Positions 50,794-64,000 of a DNA stretch of 64,000 nt are shown here, piece after piece. The position numbers and the translations under genes are program-made. The stretch's first letter is position 1, and every line of letters starts with the position of its first letter. This DNA is from Nymphaea colorata (lineage: Eukaryota): the NCBI RefSeq assembly GCF_008831285.2, contig NC_045138.2:14756001-14820000 (forward strand). Reading direction: 5' to 3'. The notes beneath the pieces are model-generated. The model saw only the letters and a list, made by a program, of their open reading frames with translations, did no database searches and was not told where the DNA came from.

Positions 50794-53700
50794 CTACCCA
50801 ACAGTCCCTTCTAGTTTCAAACTCATGAGTTGGTTCACCTCAGCTGCAAACTCAAGCGGAAGCTCATTAAAGACATCCTTGCAGAACCCACCAATTATGG
50901 CAGCAACAGCCTTTTCGTTGTCAATGCCCCTTTGTTGAAAATAGAATAACTGATCTTCACCAATTTTAGAAGTGCTAGCCTCATGCTCAACACGAGCTGA
51001 GGGATTCTTCACCTGCAACAGTAACCATGCCAGTAATTAGTATCTAGTAAAGCTATCACGCTCACTGAAAGCTCATTATCAACGCCTTGAGCTCAGGATT
51101 CATGCAAAATCAGAAATCATTAGCACCACTCAACTACTGTTCAGCAATTAGCAAAGTAATGAATTCTAAACAAATCAATTGAAAAGAAAAAACGGTTGAA
51201 GATCTGACTGCAGACATGCACAAGCATGCACGCGCGCGCACACACACACACACACACAAAAGGAATTTGTGTCACGCATGCCATTGCCTCCTACCAACAT
51301 GAAAAGAAAATCCCCACATGTAAAGAGAGATAAGGTGTCCTACATGTTGGATTAGTTTCTGAACTTCTCAACAAAGTGATATGCTTGGTCATGCATCAGG
51401 ATGGCTTCATCTTTTGTTCTTGAAAATTTCCCACATGATGGTCAAAGAATATCTAGGATCATAGATCAAGCAATCATCATGCTTTCTTATGTCAAACGCT
51501 GCAGGAAGGCCCCTATAGAACAGCTTTTGCAAGGCCTGTAGTCTTTTACTCTGTGTACTGAGGCCATCAGATATCTTGTTATTAAGTTCACTTATTTCAA
51601 TTCAAAAGCACTGCCATGATGTAATCGTCATCCCCAACTGAGTGGTTATAATAGCTAATGTAAAGCTTGAAACTTATCATGTGACTGTGACAGCCTCAAT
51701 CTCTCCAATATTTAATAGGAGAAACATAGTTAGATCTATTGCACCCACGTTACGTTTTTTTGGAGCTTTAAGAATCTGACATACTTCCAGTGGTGCCAAT
51801 AAATTGGCTGCTGGGAGATAGGCTCCCTTCCCTTTATTGCAAAAAATTATGATACGTACAGGAAGAAAAAAATATCTACAAAATATTGAGCATCAGCCAG
51901 AAAAGGAAATAAAAACCAGGCACGCATAACCCAGCTGCCTCAAAACCATAATCAAAAGAACCAGCTACGACAAGAGAAGCTGCCCCCAACTTAGAAAAGC
52001 AAAAGACGTCAAGCACAGCAGCAGCTGTAGGATCTAGACAGAATTAATCACCATCATCCTTCTCATCCCTTTCCCCATATCTACGCATCTGCTCAACAGC
52101 CTCTACCCTAAGCAGTTGACAAAGCACCTGTAAACAGTGGCTGAGCACTCTAATGTGCTTCCATCTCTGACCAATCGACCTTCTGCCTGCCAGCATACCC
52201 CTGAGTCTATGCTTCCACCGTTTATTATTTGATAAGATCCCAAAAATTCCGACAACTCTCTCTATCAATTGCAGCCAACCACTCAGCAGGTGCAATTCAG
52301 CCTCATATCCCCTAGGGCAAGCTTCAGTAAAAAGGGCTTCACAGGATTCCATACCACTCAATCTCCACAGGCCCATCACAATGGTTTTCCTGTCCTTCTT
52401 ACAGATGACATACTTCCAGTGGTGGTTACAAATCAGAAGTAAAAAAAGGGTGCAAAGGTTAATGTCCAGTATGGTCCATCTATGAGCTAAAGTCAATATC
52501 TTTCCAATTGTTTTTATCTATTATTTACCAGTGAAGGTTTCCATGATTTCAGGCACGTAAGTATGCTCCAGTTTCTGTGTTTTTCGACTGACAAAAATTG
52601 AATATAGGTTGTCATGTATGAAGTCATGAATTTACTAGTCTTGCTAGAAAAAGAGATTCACAAACTAAATGAATTTACTTTTCCAACATATAATTACCTA
52701 ATTACCAAGACAGACACTTCTATGCTTGGTTGTTCAATAGGAAAAAATAAAAGCCAAAATGTTCCTTGTTCTCGGGTTATCTTTGCATCTCTCGGTTACT
52801 TCAAATTCCTTCATAATCCTATTCTACACCTGAGATTCTATTAAAAAAAAAACAGCCTAAGCTGATGGTACCAGCATTGTGAGCTTTAGATTTCAACCGA
52901 CTTCAAGAAAAATGTTGCTCATGTTCAACTAAACAATGTCCATGAAATTATGGAACTTGTAGTCCATTTTTCCAATATGCAAGTTAGGGTTATCCAACAT
53001 TCATTAGAACAGTAGGAACAATTAATCAATTTAAGCAGCCACTGCAGGAGATCTTTAGGATGATCAGCTGGATATGATTTGACAAATAACTAGGTTTTTC
53101 TCAGCCTTAAGGCTCTATCAAGGAGCCTCCACAAAAGTGACCATGTAATGGGACCCATCAGACGTGAAGAACCCCTTGTGCCAACAACTAGACATGCCTT
53201 CCTGCCAAAGATAAAACTAAAGAACGTCCCTTCTTAAGAAGCATCTATTATTAGAAACATTGAATACAGCAAATTAGGAAACATCAAATTTGATTTCAGG
53301 AGAACTCTAAAAAGATGATGTTGCGTAAGAGAAACAACAGTAACCTTTAAATAAAATAAAAAGGCAAACAACGAAAGGTAGGTCATGAGAGGTGGGCCTA
53401 TCTCTCATGAGCGTGCAACATTCCTCACAACATTACCCTATCTAAATCCCAGTGATCCGATAAAAAAACATACTAGCCAATATATTAGGGTCAATAAAGC
53501 AAAACTGCTCAGAAATCAAGCTGCTATTAGCACTGATGAACAGTGGAGCAGAAAGCTACAAGGGCGAAAAGACATAATGATCAACACCGTTCTGTCTAAT
53601 ATGAAAATAGGGAAAGTGTATTACCTCCTTAGTAATGACATAACTGAAAACCCCTTCAACGTATAATAACAAGCTTCCAGATATGACAGTAATCAGAAGA

Positions 53701-55981
53701 CAACTTTCATAGAAATATCATAAGGTCGTCATGAAACATTCATTAAAATACGACTATTTTTATGAAACATACATATATACATCTATACATGGACATGCAT
53801 GCATGCACAAACAGCCATATGAAGTATGTGGTAAATTTTGGGATCTAGTCTCCACCATCTAGCACTGTTCTCGAATTTTTCTACCAAACGAGCCTGAATT
53901 TTCAAATTTTCCCACGTAGTCAATTTGGAACTTTGGCCCGAACACATATGCTTCAACAAGCATCCTAGCGCAAAGAAATATAGGTGAAGCCATTTCCTGG
54001 AAAGTAGCCAATGTCCAATTATGCAACACGTTCAAGCAGGTTACGCAAATCAGGTGGTTGGGCCAAAGCAAGATTCTTATAAGGTTGATAATGTCATGGT
54101 GCCTACTAGATACCCAGATAGCAAAAAACTAAGATAGAGAGACAAGGATGAAGAAGGGACCGGATGAAACACGAGCACATGTTAAGCTGATTACCCAACA
54201 ATAAACCATCATGTCTAAGAACAAAGTGGACAAAAGAAACAGAAGCCGATTCAAGAATAATACTTCTATTCACTCAGACAATTCCTGTACAGTTACGATC
54301 CATTAAATGGTTCCAAGTTCCATCCTACAACTTCAATTTCAGTGCCACCAACCATGACTAACCAAGTACCCAAACTAGAAGCAGAATGAGTGAAGAAGGA
54401 ACTATTTCTGTCTTGAAAGACAACGAAGTAGGAGTAAATTATCCTGGAAAAGTACCACATACGACATCCATACCAAAAACACGGCATACCCATCGAAAAT
54501 TAGAAATCGCGAGTAACGGAAAAACCATTAAACAGACGACTAGTTCATCAATTTACCTGAATGTAAGGGTATGTGTTGGCGGCAGCATTGTCGCCAATTA
54601 GCAACGAATCACACTGAGAAAAATTCCTCGCATTATCGGCACCAGGCTGCATTTGCACAAGCCCTCTGTAACAATTCCTGGACTGCCCTGCCGAAATCCC
54701 CTTCGAAACGATTCTACTCCTCGAGTTCTTCCCCACGTGTATCATCTTTGTCCCTGTGTCCGCCTGCTGGCAGTTGTTCGTAAGTGCAACCGAGTAGAAC
54801 TCCCCAATTGTGTCGTGCCCCCTAAGGACGACGCTCGGGTATTTCCAGGTAATAGCCGAACCTGTCTCCACCTGCGTCCACGAGATCTTCGATCGGTTTC
54901 CGGCGCACAATCCCCTCTTTGTTACAAAATTGAAGATTCCACCCCTTCCTTCCTTATCACCAGCATACCAGTTTTGCACCGTGGAGTACTTGATCTCGGC
55001 ACCCTCTGCACAGTAGAGCTCCACTACTGCAGCATGGAGCTGGTTTCGATCGTAGGAGGGCGCCGTGCAACCTTCCAGATAACCAACGTAGCTCCGTTCA
55101 TCGGCGACGAGCAGAGTCCGCTCGAACTGTCCAGTTTCGAGGGCGTTGATCCGGAAATAGGTTGAGATATCCATAGGGGAGACGGTGTCCTTGGGGACAT
55201 AACAGAATGAGCCATCGCTGAACACGGCTGAATTGAGGGCAGCGAAGAAATTGTCGCCGGGAGGTACGACGCTGCCGAGGTACCGCCTCACGAGATCGGG
55301 GTACTCCTGGATTGCTTCCGAGATGGAGCAGAAGATGACACCGGCGGCCTCAAGCGTCTTCCGGTGGGTGGTGGCGATGGAGACGCTATCAAAGACGGCG
55401 TCGACGGCGACGTTCGCCAGCCGCTTCTGTTCCGTCAGGGGGATGCCGAGGCGGCGGAAGGTCTCCAGTATCTCGGGATCGACCTCCTCGAGGCTCTTCT
55501 TCTTCGGCATCTGCTTGGGCTCGGAGTAGTAGCAGATGTCCTGGTAATCGATGGGCGGATAGCGGTTGTCCGACCAGAGCGGTTCCGCCATCTTGAGCCA
55601 CTTGTGGAAGGCGTTGAGGCGGAATTCGAGCATCCACTCGGGCTCCTTCTTTCGGGCTGAAATGGCGCGGACGGTGTCCTCCGAGAGGCCCTTCGGGAGG
55701 GAGAAGGAATCGACGTTGGAGACGAATCCCCACTTGTAATCTCGTTCCAGGAACTGCTGAATAGCATCGTTCGAGCTCGGCGTCGGCGACGGCGGTCTGT
55801 CAAGCAGCTTCGCCCCGTCGGAATCCGCGGACGCGACGACCCTGGAGTGATTGAACTTCTTGGACAACAGCTTCCTTGGCCTAGTAGAGGAAAGGATCCT
55901 GCCATTCAGGAAGGATGGGAGAAGCCTGTTGGGCTCTGTCGGAGAAGGGTGAAGGAGGAAATTGGTGGCCAGAGAGGCCAT
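50794..55981 (-). CDS. SUFB: Plastid Fe-S cluster scaffold SufB (ABCI8/NAP1), exons 55981-54557 and 51012-50794, 547 aa
   Basis: S/R-rich transit-peptide-like N-terminus. Motifs [52 protein letters not shown] and QADTGTKM. Exon 2 reads [24 protein letters not shown]...LEGTVG*. Confidence 0.97.
52044..52400 (-). mobile_element. Possible LINE 3' remnant in the SufB intron
   Basis: Open frame ...[12 protein letters not shown]...GWLQLIERV...RWKH...LCQLLRVE loosely resembles the ExxxHLFxxC...W region after zf-RVT in plant L1 ORF2. The match is weak. Confidence 0.3.
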
Positions 55982-56986
55982 GGTTGATTGTCGAATTCAA
56001 GGGGATTCTAGTATATGTTTTCGGGAGAAACTGTTACTTCGAAGGAAAAGGCGAATTGAGAAGAAGACGAAGATGAGGATGATGGCAACCAGTGAAGTAT
56101 TTGAGGCGGCGAAGACGAATGCTGAAAAGGAGAACGCCTGGGGTTGTGTGTCTATCCCCGATTCTTGGTAAGCTGCGAATCATTTTTCTGCCTATAAAAA
56201 AGTTGGGGGTTGGAAAATGTGAAAATTGTCCGAGAGAAAAGTTTCGTCCCTGCATAATACATAATATCTATGATGATATAATATGAAATGTAAAATATAT
56301 TCATTAAGAGTATGCCCCCCCATTACCCTTTTGAAACATTTTTTATGTATGAACAAAAATTTAATATATTTTCTTATAAATGTCAACAAATTCGATTCGT
56401 CAACCATACTGCTTTCCTCATTTTAATTGCATTGAGACTACCGATAGAGAAAAATCTTAATATTATATCAAAATCTAAATCACAATCTGAATTCTACTTT
56501 AATCTGATTTCTTAATTCACAACTTAAATTGAATCCAAACTTTCAAATCGCTTTTTAAATAACGTTACAATTAATATAACAGTTTCAAAACATATGAACA
56601 TTTGATATATAAATTTATTTAGAACTAAATCCGACCTGAATCCACTTGTATATTTATTTAGATTTTAATACGGATCTAGTCCGTATATCATTTTCCAAAT
56701 CAAATTCCATCTAATTTCTCAGTCGATCTGATATCAACTTTTAAAATAAATCGGTCCATTCGAAATAAATTGGTTTGCTTCAAAGATATCGGGTGTCAAC
56801 TTTTAATCACATCAAAAGTATATTGAGCTATGACTTTGCAGAGTCGTTTAGTCACTTAACTTTGTCATCTAATATTGGTTTATATATTTGTTTATGTTTC
56901 TTTCAACTAACTTATAGGTGGCCTTGGTTAGATGATTTTATTACTATAAATATAGTCACCATTCTCTCTCTCTCTCTCTCTCTTTT

Positions 56987-57035
<49 letters not shown>

Positions 57036-57057
57036 AATGATAGCTCTCTAGTTTTTT

Positions 57058-57220
57058 AAAGACACCTAACGACCCGTTCAATCCAACATGACAAATGGTC
57101 AAAAGAAAAACAAGGAGAAATGAGTGAGGATTTTCATAACCTAATATTAACTTACACACTTTTTACTCAACCATCTACCAGCTTTAAATTGAAGTTTTTG
57201 TTAAATTGTTAGGTGTCTTT
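57058..57220. mobile_element. Short fold-back MITE between (TA)n tracts; a similar element follows at about 57313-57494
   Basis: Perfect 13-bp inverted repeat AAAGACACCTAAC/GTTAGGTGTCTTT. The neighbour has TTTAGAGCTACCTAACC/GGTTGGTACTCTAAA. Confidence 0.65.
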
Positions 57221-58829
57221 GTTTAGCCAAAATCATTGTCCACTCAAGTGAGTGTATATAATATATAATATGCGTGTGTGTATGTATGAAAGTTGAATGA
57301 TAACTTTGGTTTTTTAGAGCTACCTAACCATATAATCAAAACCATTTGATTTATCATTCTGAAGAGTTAAGATAAAAACAATAAAACGAAAGTCACGGTA
57401 CTTTTATCTATCGGTTCTTACATTTTCTTACAACTCTCTCAATCATCCATCTACGTCAAATAAACTGCCCTGATTAAATGGTTGGTACTCTAAATGATTC
57501 GAGTCACCAGTCACAAAAATAAAGCAATACAATTACAAACATCGGAATGATTAGAACTATAGTCAATGTTAACGTCCCAAATATTTAACTAAAGAAGAAA
57601 TTAATAGAAAATGAGTTATGCTATTAAAAACAAACAAAAATTAACGAAGACGTATCTATAGTTTGTCAAACAAATTGGCTTCTGAAAGACGCCTTGTCCT
57701 TTATTTATTTATTTTTATTTTATGCGCAGCAGGGTGAGATGGTTAGATTGCCGACTCGTTTGATAACGACGGTATGGTTGCCGAACATGTGGACGATATT
57801 AAAAGCTCCAACGAGTGGCTGCTCGCATGCGGCCAACGAAATCAGCTTTTATTTTTTTTTCTTATGTTTTATATAATACACATTACAACAGCTATAATAT
57901 TATTTTTCAATATATATGATACTTTTTTTTAATTTACTTATATATATATATATATATATAATGAATGGCAGGCCAAGCCCCTGCCGGCCATACCTTCTCT
58001 GCCCATACAGTAAACCACATATATAGTTGCATCTGAACGTTGTTGTAAAACATACACATATGAAATATTATTATGTTAATTTTTATAATACCAAAAGCCT
58101 TTGAATTTTACAGCAAGTTTGACATAAAACGGGGCAGAGGGAGAGTTTGATATTAAATCCTTTTATCTCAGATGCTGTGGATCTTAAATAAAAGAAGATC
58201 ATTTCCATTATTGATCGGGTCAGATATTTGTCAAACGATCGGAACAGATCCAAATTCAAACATAAAACCACGGCAGATGTGTATTCAATTAAGTTCGATT
58301 GCGTAATTGTGTCTGGTTGGTTGATCAATACTGGACTAAATTTTAGAAGTCAAACGCAAATGTTTCCAAAAATCATAGATTCCATCTAAATTCTGATTAA
58401 TAATCGTTGGATGACTCATACACAACACATTCTCTTCGGGTCCAGGAACGAGTTATCCGATCGATCAATCACACTTATTATCAAATATCTCTTTCTTTTC
58501 AACCACGTCCAAATTATTTCACATCCCCAGTGTGAAGTTAAAACAAGTATTATCAACTATAAGGAGCATTTGGTAGCCTCCGATCCAAGATCCAAGCGAT
58601 CTGTACCGAATGATCAACGGATTTCATGTTTCAAATATGTTTTACATTGGAAACCATTAAATTGGCGTCCGAGAGGAAGGAGTTGGACAACAGATCCGGG
58701 GTTTTCTAGTCCACAAAACTTAACAGGCGGATTTCCAAATCAAACACGGCCTCAGCGTACCCTTACGGCGAGTTAAAATACGTACACAACGATGTATTAA
58801 TTCCTCCGACTCGATGACTCGGACTTAAC

Positions 58830-58839
58830 TTGGCGGGAA
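58830..58839 (-). promoter_or_regulatory. E2F-like site (TTCCCGCCAA) in the TONSOKU promoter
   Basis: TTGGCGGGAA lies about 180 bp upstream of the ATG, with a second CTCCCGCC at 58870-58877. This fits an S-phase/replication-repair gene. Confidence 0.55.
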
Positions 58840-59016
58840 GATTTCGAAACGCGTAAAACCATATAAAACCTCCCGCCCTCGTCGCTCTCTTTCGCTCCGT
58901 GTTCGATTTTCCAAGAATTCATGCCCTAGTTTGTTCGATTCTCCTTTTCGGGTCTGTAATATAGCGAATTGGAAGACCAATCTGAGAAGCTTTTGTGAAA
59001 TTTCTGTAGCAGTTGG

Positions 59017-62000
59017 ATGGCTCGCAACGATCAGGAGCTGAAGGCGGCGAAAAATGCGTATAAGGAGGCGGTAGCCACCGGAAATCGGCGGGAGGAAGCC
59101 CGCTGGGCGAACGTCATGGGCGACCTACTAAGGCGGCGCGGCGAGTACGTCGAGGCGCTGCGGTGGCTTCGGATCGATTATGATGTATCCGTCAAGCACT
59201 TGCCGGAGAAGCACCTGCTACCGACGTGCCAGTCCCTAGGAGAGGTTTATCTCCGGCTGGAGAGTTTCGAGGACGCTCTAGTTTATCAGGTTTCCCCTTG
59301 AAGCTTCTTCATTCCCCCCCCTCATTTCGAGTTTGGACGTCTAGGGCTTCCTGAAAAAGAATGCCGTTTCAAAAATGTTGCTGATGCCTCAATTTTCTAG
59401 AGGAGAAAGGTCTATCGCGACTGAGTGCAGGTTTAGCAATCGTATAGCGCATTGTGGTGCTGGCATATTTGACACCTCTGCTTGAATTTCGGTGACCTAT
59501 GTTCGTCACGTTGGCCAAAATGGCTGGCTCGTTGGTGCATCGATTAATATCTACTTGGTTGATTGTACTTATCCCAGACTTATTAGGAACCTTAATCGAA
59601 TCTGTTTGCTAGTTATCCCTTGGCGGCCCTGTTACAGCCTTGCTGCATGACCATATTTTTTACAACCTAGGTGCGTCATTTTGTGGAATTGCGTTAACCT
59701 ATGCTTAATTAAGAACAAAAAAGGAGAGTTGGGCATTTTTGTTTGCACAGCCAATTTCTGCAGCCCATCTCGTGACATGTGCTTGTGATTTTGAAGCCGG
59801 TGGGTATCGAGTTTTAGTTCTGTTGCTGCCAACTCTTCAGCAGGGTTTCCTTCTGTTTCACAGTCATCTGAAGTTTTTATCCACAGACCCGTAGCTTTAG
59901 TTATATTTGGTATTAGCTTCAATATCACCCGATTGATGTGCTATCTTTTGCTGCCGCTAGCTCCTTCGACAATGCCATGCGAGTCTCACGCTTGGAACTG
60001 TATTTTTCTATTATGGAGTTACATTCATTTGTTTAACGCAGCATCCTAGATCGAGTGCTCTGACAAATTGGATTGTAAATTTGATGAATCTAGTTGGAAT
60101 AATGAACTTTGACGGCGACGCACCCTGATTGTTGGCATGTCATTGATTCAATTATTTACAGAAAATGCATCTGGAGTTAGCAAAGAAAGCTGGTGATCTT
60201 GTTGAAGAGCAAAGAGCCAGTACACAGCTTGGCCGGACGTACCATGAAATTTTTCTAAGGTCTGAGAAGGATCATGATGCTTTAAGAAACTCGAAGAAGT
60301 ATTTTAGGTCAGCAATGGATCTTGCTCGGGATCTACAAGAAAATCCTCACCATCGAGGTTCCTTTTTCCTGAAAGAACTGATCGATGCTTATAACAACCT
60401 TGGTTTGCTCGAGATGGATCTTGATAACCTTGATGAAGCGCTGGCAATACTGCTTGAAGGTTTAAAAATATGTGATCAGGAAGAGGTAAAGCAGGATGAT
60501 GATGGGCGTAGCAGGCTGCATCATAATCTAGGCCGCCTATACATGGAGTTGAGGGTATGGGATAAAGCCAAATATCATACTGAGAGGGATATACTAATTT
60601 GTCGTAGTATTGGACATGCAGAAGGTGAGGCGAAGGGGTTCATTAATCTGGGTGAGCTGCATAATCGAGTGCAGAAGTATGACGAAGCAATTGTTTGCTA
60701 CCAAAAGGCCTTGAAGATAGCAAAATCGATGGAAGATGAAAATGCACTAGTTGCACTAATTAATGAGAACATAAACACTGTTAAAGGTGCTTCTGAGGAG
60801 TTAGATAAATTGAAAAAAGAAGAACAGAATCTAAAGAAACTGTCCAGAAATGCTGTTTTTGCTAAAGGAACTGATGCTGAAAGAAAAATTTTATTGGAGC
60901 AGAGTGCATCCCTTGATCGTCTCATTGAGATATCAAGCCTGCTTCAGGCTTGGCCAAGAGTAAGTTCACTAAGCATTTCTTGTTCCTGGTCTATGTTGTT
61001 ATGAAGTGCCTAGGCTTTTATCGAAGCTTGCCGTTGCTAGACTACCTGCCATCTGAAGAAGCCTAAGCCGTATACTCGATTGTGTTGTTTTTTTTCTTCA
61101 TTAACAACCTAGTTTTCTTTTCCCCTTGTGCAGTCTAAAGTAGTTTGTTTTTTTTCTTCATCTTTTGTCTTTACTCAGATGGTCTTTACCCTCATTCCTT
61201 TTGATGTTGCATCTGATTGCACTAGAACTATATATGCATGTTTGCATTTAAGTATTTACAGTTATGTTCATAGATTTTTATACTTAGGCTTTTCTTGCTT
61301 TACAAACATTGCAAATCAGTGATGTAAATTGTAAACTTGCTTTCTTTAGTCTTTATGCTATGTAACTTTTAAACTTTAATTTGTTCAGTTTTACTAAATT
61401 TGGTCCTTTAAACTTTTAATAATGCTTCCTATGAATTATCGTGTTATTGAAGGTTTACTGTGAGGGTTGTTGTACAGTTTTGATTATTTTGTTTTTATAA
61501 CTAATAATTATTGTTTTTTGATTAAAAATATTTTCATATTTATAATTAAATTTAAAGACTAATATTGAACTTCATTGGTTTACTTCTTTTCTATTTTGAC
61601 CACTTAAATGCACCTAGTCTTGCCTAGGATTTAGGCTCAACTCGCTGGTTGGGCTTTGCCTAGATCTTTTAACAACCCAGTTCTTGGTGCTGGAATTATA
61701 AGACCATACAAGTCAATATTTACATCCTTCAATTATACTTATTGTGTTTGAAACTGCAAATTCTCTTGGTTTTGTATGACTTGGCAAAAAAAAATGAACA
61801 CAAATTAAAGTTGTGAAAACTGTGAAAATGAGAGGAAATTGGCAGATCAACTTATGTTTGGGAAATTGACTGAAACTGGATGTGTCACAAAGACTGATTT
61901 TCTTTTTTCAATGATGAGAATGACGATGTTCTAAATATAAAAATTTTGAAAAAAAAATTCCTATTGTTTTTAGTGATATTACACTACCTAATATACCAGG

Positions 62001-63954
62001 TTCATATATCTGCTAAGCAAAGAGTTTACAAATACATAGTTTTTTACATACTAGAAGGGCTTGAATAGAAGGCTTTTTTTAGAGAATTCACAGGACGTTA
62101 CTTAATGATTCTATGGCCTCATTCATTCTTAACAAAGCTTTTTTAATGACATATTAACTATGTGGTATGCAAAGTTGCAAACTATTTTCTTCCACTATAT
62201 AATTTCTTCTGGTTGAGTACACTGTTCTGTATTTAGTTACTGCAGTTAACTTGTTCTGCCATTCTAGCACTGGGAATTTGCCAAAAGGAAAAAAAGGGTG
62301 GCAAGAGAACTATGTGACAAGGAAAAGCTCGCTGACTCACTTCTTGCAATCGGGGAATCATATCAAAACCTCAGGAACTTTCCTAAAGCATGCAAGTGGT
62401 ACACAAGAAGCTTGGATGCTTATAAGTCAATTAGAAACTTGAAAGTAAGTCTTGTTTCATGTTGCTTGCTTCTATTTGGTTATGCTGTAATTGCAATTTT
62501 AGAACTGCAATCGAAAGGTTTGTTAGTTGTCTGTGTTCTTTGTTTGGAGATACCGAGACATATTGAGCTGTTTCTTTACTTTTTAATACTGGGAAGGCTA
62601 CTTTAATGTATATTGCATTTTATAACTTCTACAGGGGCAATCATTGGCCAAAACTAACATTGGTGCTGCTTTGGATTCTGATGGTGACTGGTTGGGTGCA
62701 CTAGATGCATTTGAAGAGGGTTACAGGCAATTATCAAGACAGCCTTTCTTATACTTCACTTTTATTCTGATTAATTCATGCTTCCAGTTCACAGTGTCTT
62801 GATGCTGGCAGTTTCTTGTGTTTCAACTAAGTATACTATTTTTCCTTTTCATGCAGAATTGCAGTCAAGGGGAATTTACTTGATGAACAGATTTTAGCTC
62901 TTGATAATATGCATTACAGTTATATGATCCGATTTGATGATGTTGAAAAAGCCAGGTTGGTGAATATAGAGTTGAGTATGTGGCACTGAACCTTATTCGC
63001 GATTGTATCTTATGTAGATTGTTGCTTGCAGAAAATTACAGGTTGACATAGATAGATTGAAGAGTCTACAGGAAGATGAAGTTCAACACCATAACCTGGG
63101 TACTGAATGCTGCTCTGAGACTGAGACAGCCTGTTGCTTGTCTGATACAGGATCAGATGAGGATGTTTCTTCCCAGCGGCATGTAAAACCTTTTTCTGCT
63201 TTGTCAGATCCACCTCATAATGACAAAGAGATTGGTGATGACCTCCCTTTGTCTATGTTTCTCAAACGTAACAAGCGGCCGTCTCAGAAAAGGACATCCC
63301 AGTTGGGTTTTTGCACCGAGAAGGCTCCACATTCTAGTTTCCGAGTGGAAAATATTTCTGTTGATGTAAGCCGTTCTACAGATGATCAACAATTGGGTTC
63401 CCGTAAAAGAGTTCGTGTTATCATTTCCGATGATGAAGATTCTGGGAATGATGAAAGTGGTTGTTCTAGAGAGGAAGCACATAACCCTCTAACTTCAAAT
63501 ATTGCTACTTCTCAAGGTCTCTTCACTGTTTACTAATTTTTACAGGCATTCCTCATTTCTGTATTGATCAATTTCTCATATTGCAGGTGTGAGAAGTTCT
63601 CCTCTTGGTGCTTCTCAAGATCATAAGGTTGATGAAGCTTGACAATTGCTGGTTGATTTCTTTCTTTTGAACTGATAAACTGAAAACAATTTTTTCTTGG
63701 ATCTTCAGGCATCGTCACATCCTGATGCCCAAAAAGATAACCATAGCATATGCGAGTCCATTCATCTAGAAGCTAGTTCCTCCTACAGATCTGATAATCA
63801 CAAATCAAACTCAGGAAATGAAATCAGATGCAAAGAAACAGGCGCTTGGGAGACCACAAGTAACACACGTTTTGTATCCAAAGGCTCCACCTCCAGAAAT
63901 ACACTTCTTGACCAAGGGGAGTTTGATCCTTTGACGTCCAATAGTGGAGATTCT
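59017..63954 (+). CDS. TSK (BRU1/MGO3): TONSOKU/BRUSHY1/MGOUN3, 5' part (continues beyond the window). Exons: 59017-59289, 60162-60959, 62268-62444, 62635-62726, 62857-62955, 63032-63516, 63587-63627, 63709-63954
   Basis: [81 protein letters not shown] repeats ([25 protein letters not shown]) and [12 protein letters not shown]. Splicing is in phase and includes one GC-AG intron. Confidence 0.95.
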
Positions 63955-64000
63955 GTAAGTGTACCAGTTTCAATAACAATGGTGCCTGCCAGTAGTCTGT

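Noticed and set aside
54571..55905. Many overlapping ORFs of 60-170 aa around SufB
   Set aside because: Shadow frames of a GC-rich coding exon.
58560..58755. Possible Tourist-like MITE in the TONSOKU promoter (TAA-GGAGCATTTGG ... TCAAACACGGCC-TCA)
   Set aside because: The ends match each other poorly and the TSDs differ.
55981..59017. Functional link or bidirectional promoter between divergent SufB and TONSOKU
   Set aside because: The 3-kb spacer is filled with MITEs and microsatellites, the products act in different compartments, and adjacency alone is not evidence.
1..64000. CRISPR arrays, tRNA/rRNA genes, prokaryote-type defence systems
   Set aside because: None seen. The repeats are microsatellites, tandem duplications or transposon ends in eukaryotic DNA.

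Overview
Plant (angiosperm) nuclear DNA with spliced genes and many DNA-transposon remnants; no prokaryotic features. Three genes lie complete in the window, all on the minus strand: ATG2 (autophagy lipid-transfer protein, 14 predicted coding exons, with a frame break in exon 2), a PRAF/RLD gene (PH-RCC1-FYVE-BRX, 9 exons) and plastid SufB/ABCI8 (2 exons). The 5' part of TONSOKU/BRUSHY1 (plus strand) runs off the right edge. Also present: two 3' exons of a lipin/PAH gene with no visible terminal exon, a GDSL-lipase pseudogene, a PIF/Harbinger element (open 3-exon transposase carrying motif substitutions plus a broken Myb/SANT ORF), hAT-type MITEs with perfect 8-bp TSDs, and microsatellite-associated fold-back elements. 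The best candidate for something unusual is a PIF/Harbinger family that may carry host gene fragments: lipin exons just inside a right terminus at 1090 and a PPR-like fragment next to the transposase. This is inferred from hand alignment, and the left termini were not found. Nothing here can be established as a new biological system from sequence alone. All exon boundaries were read by hand from splice signals and remembered protein motifs, without database searches.
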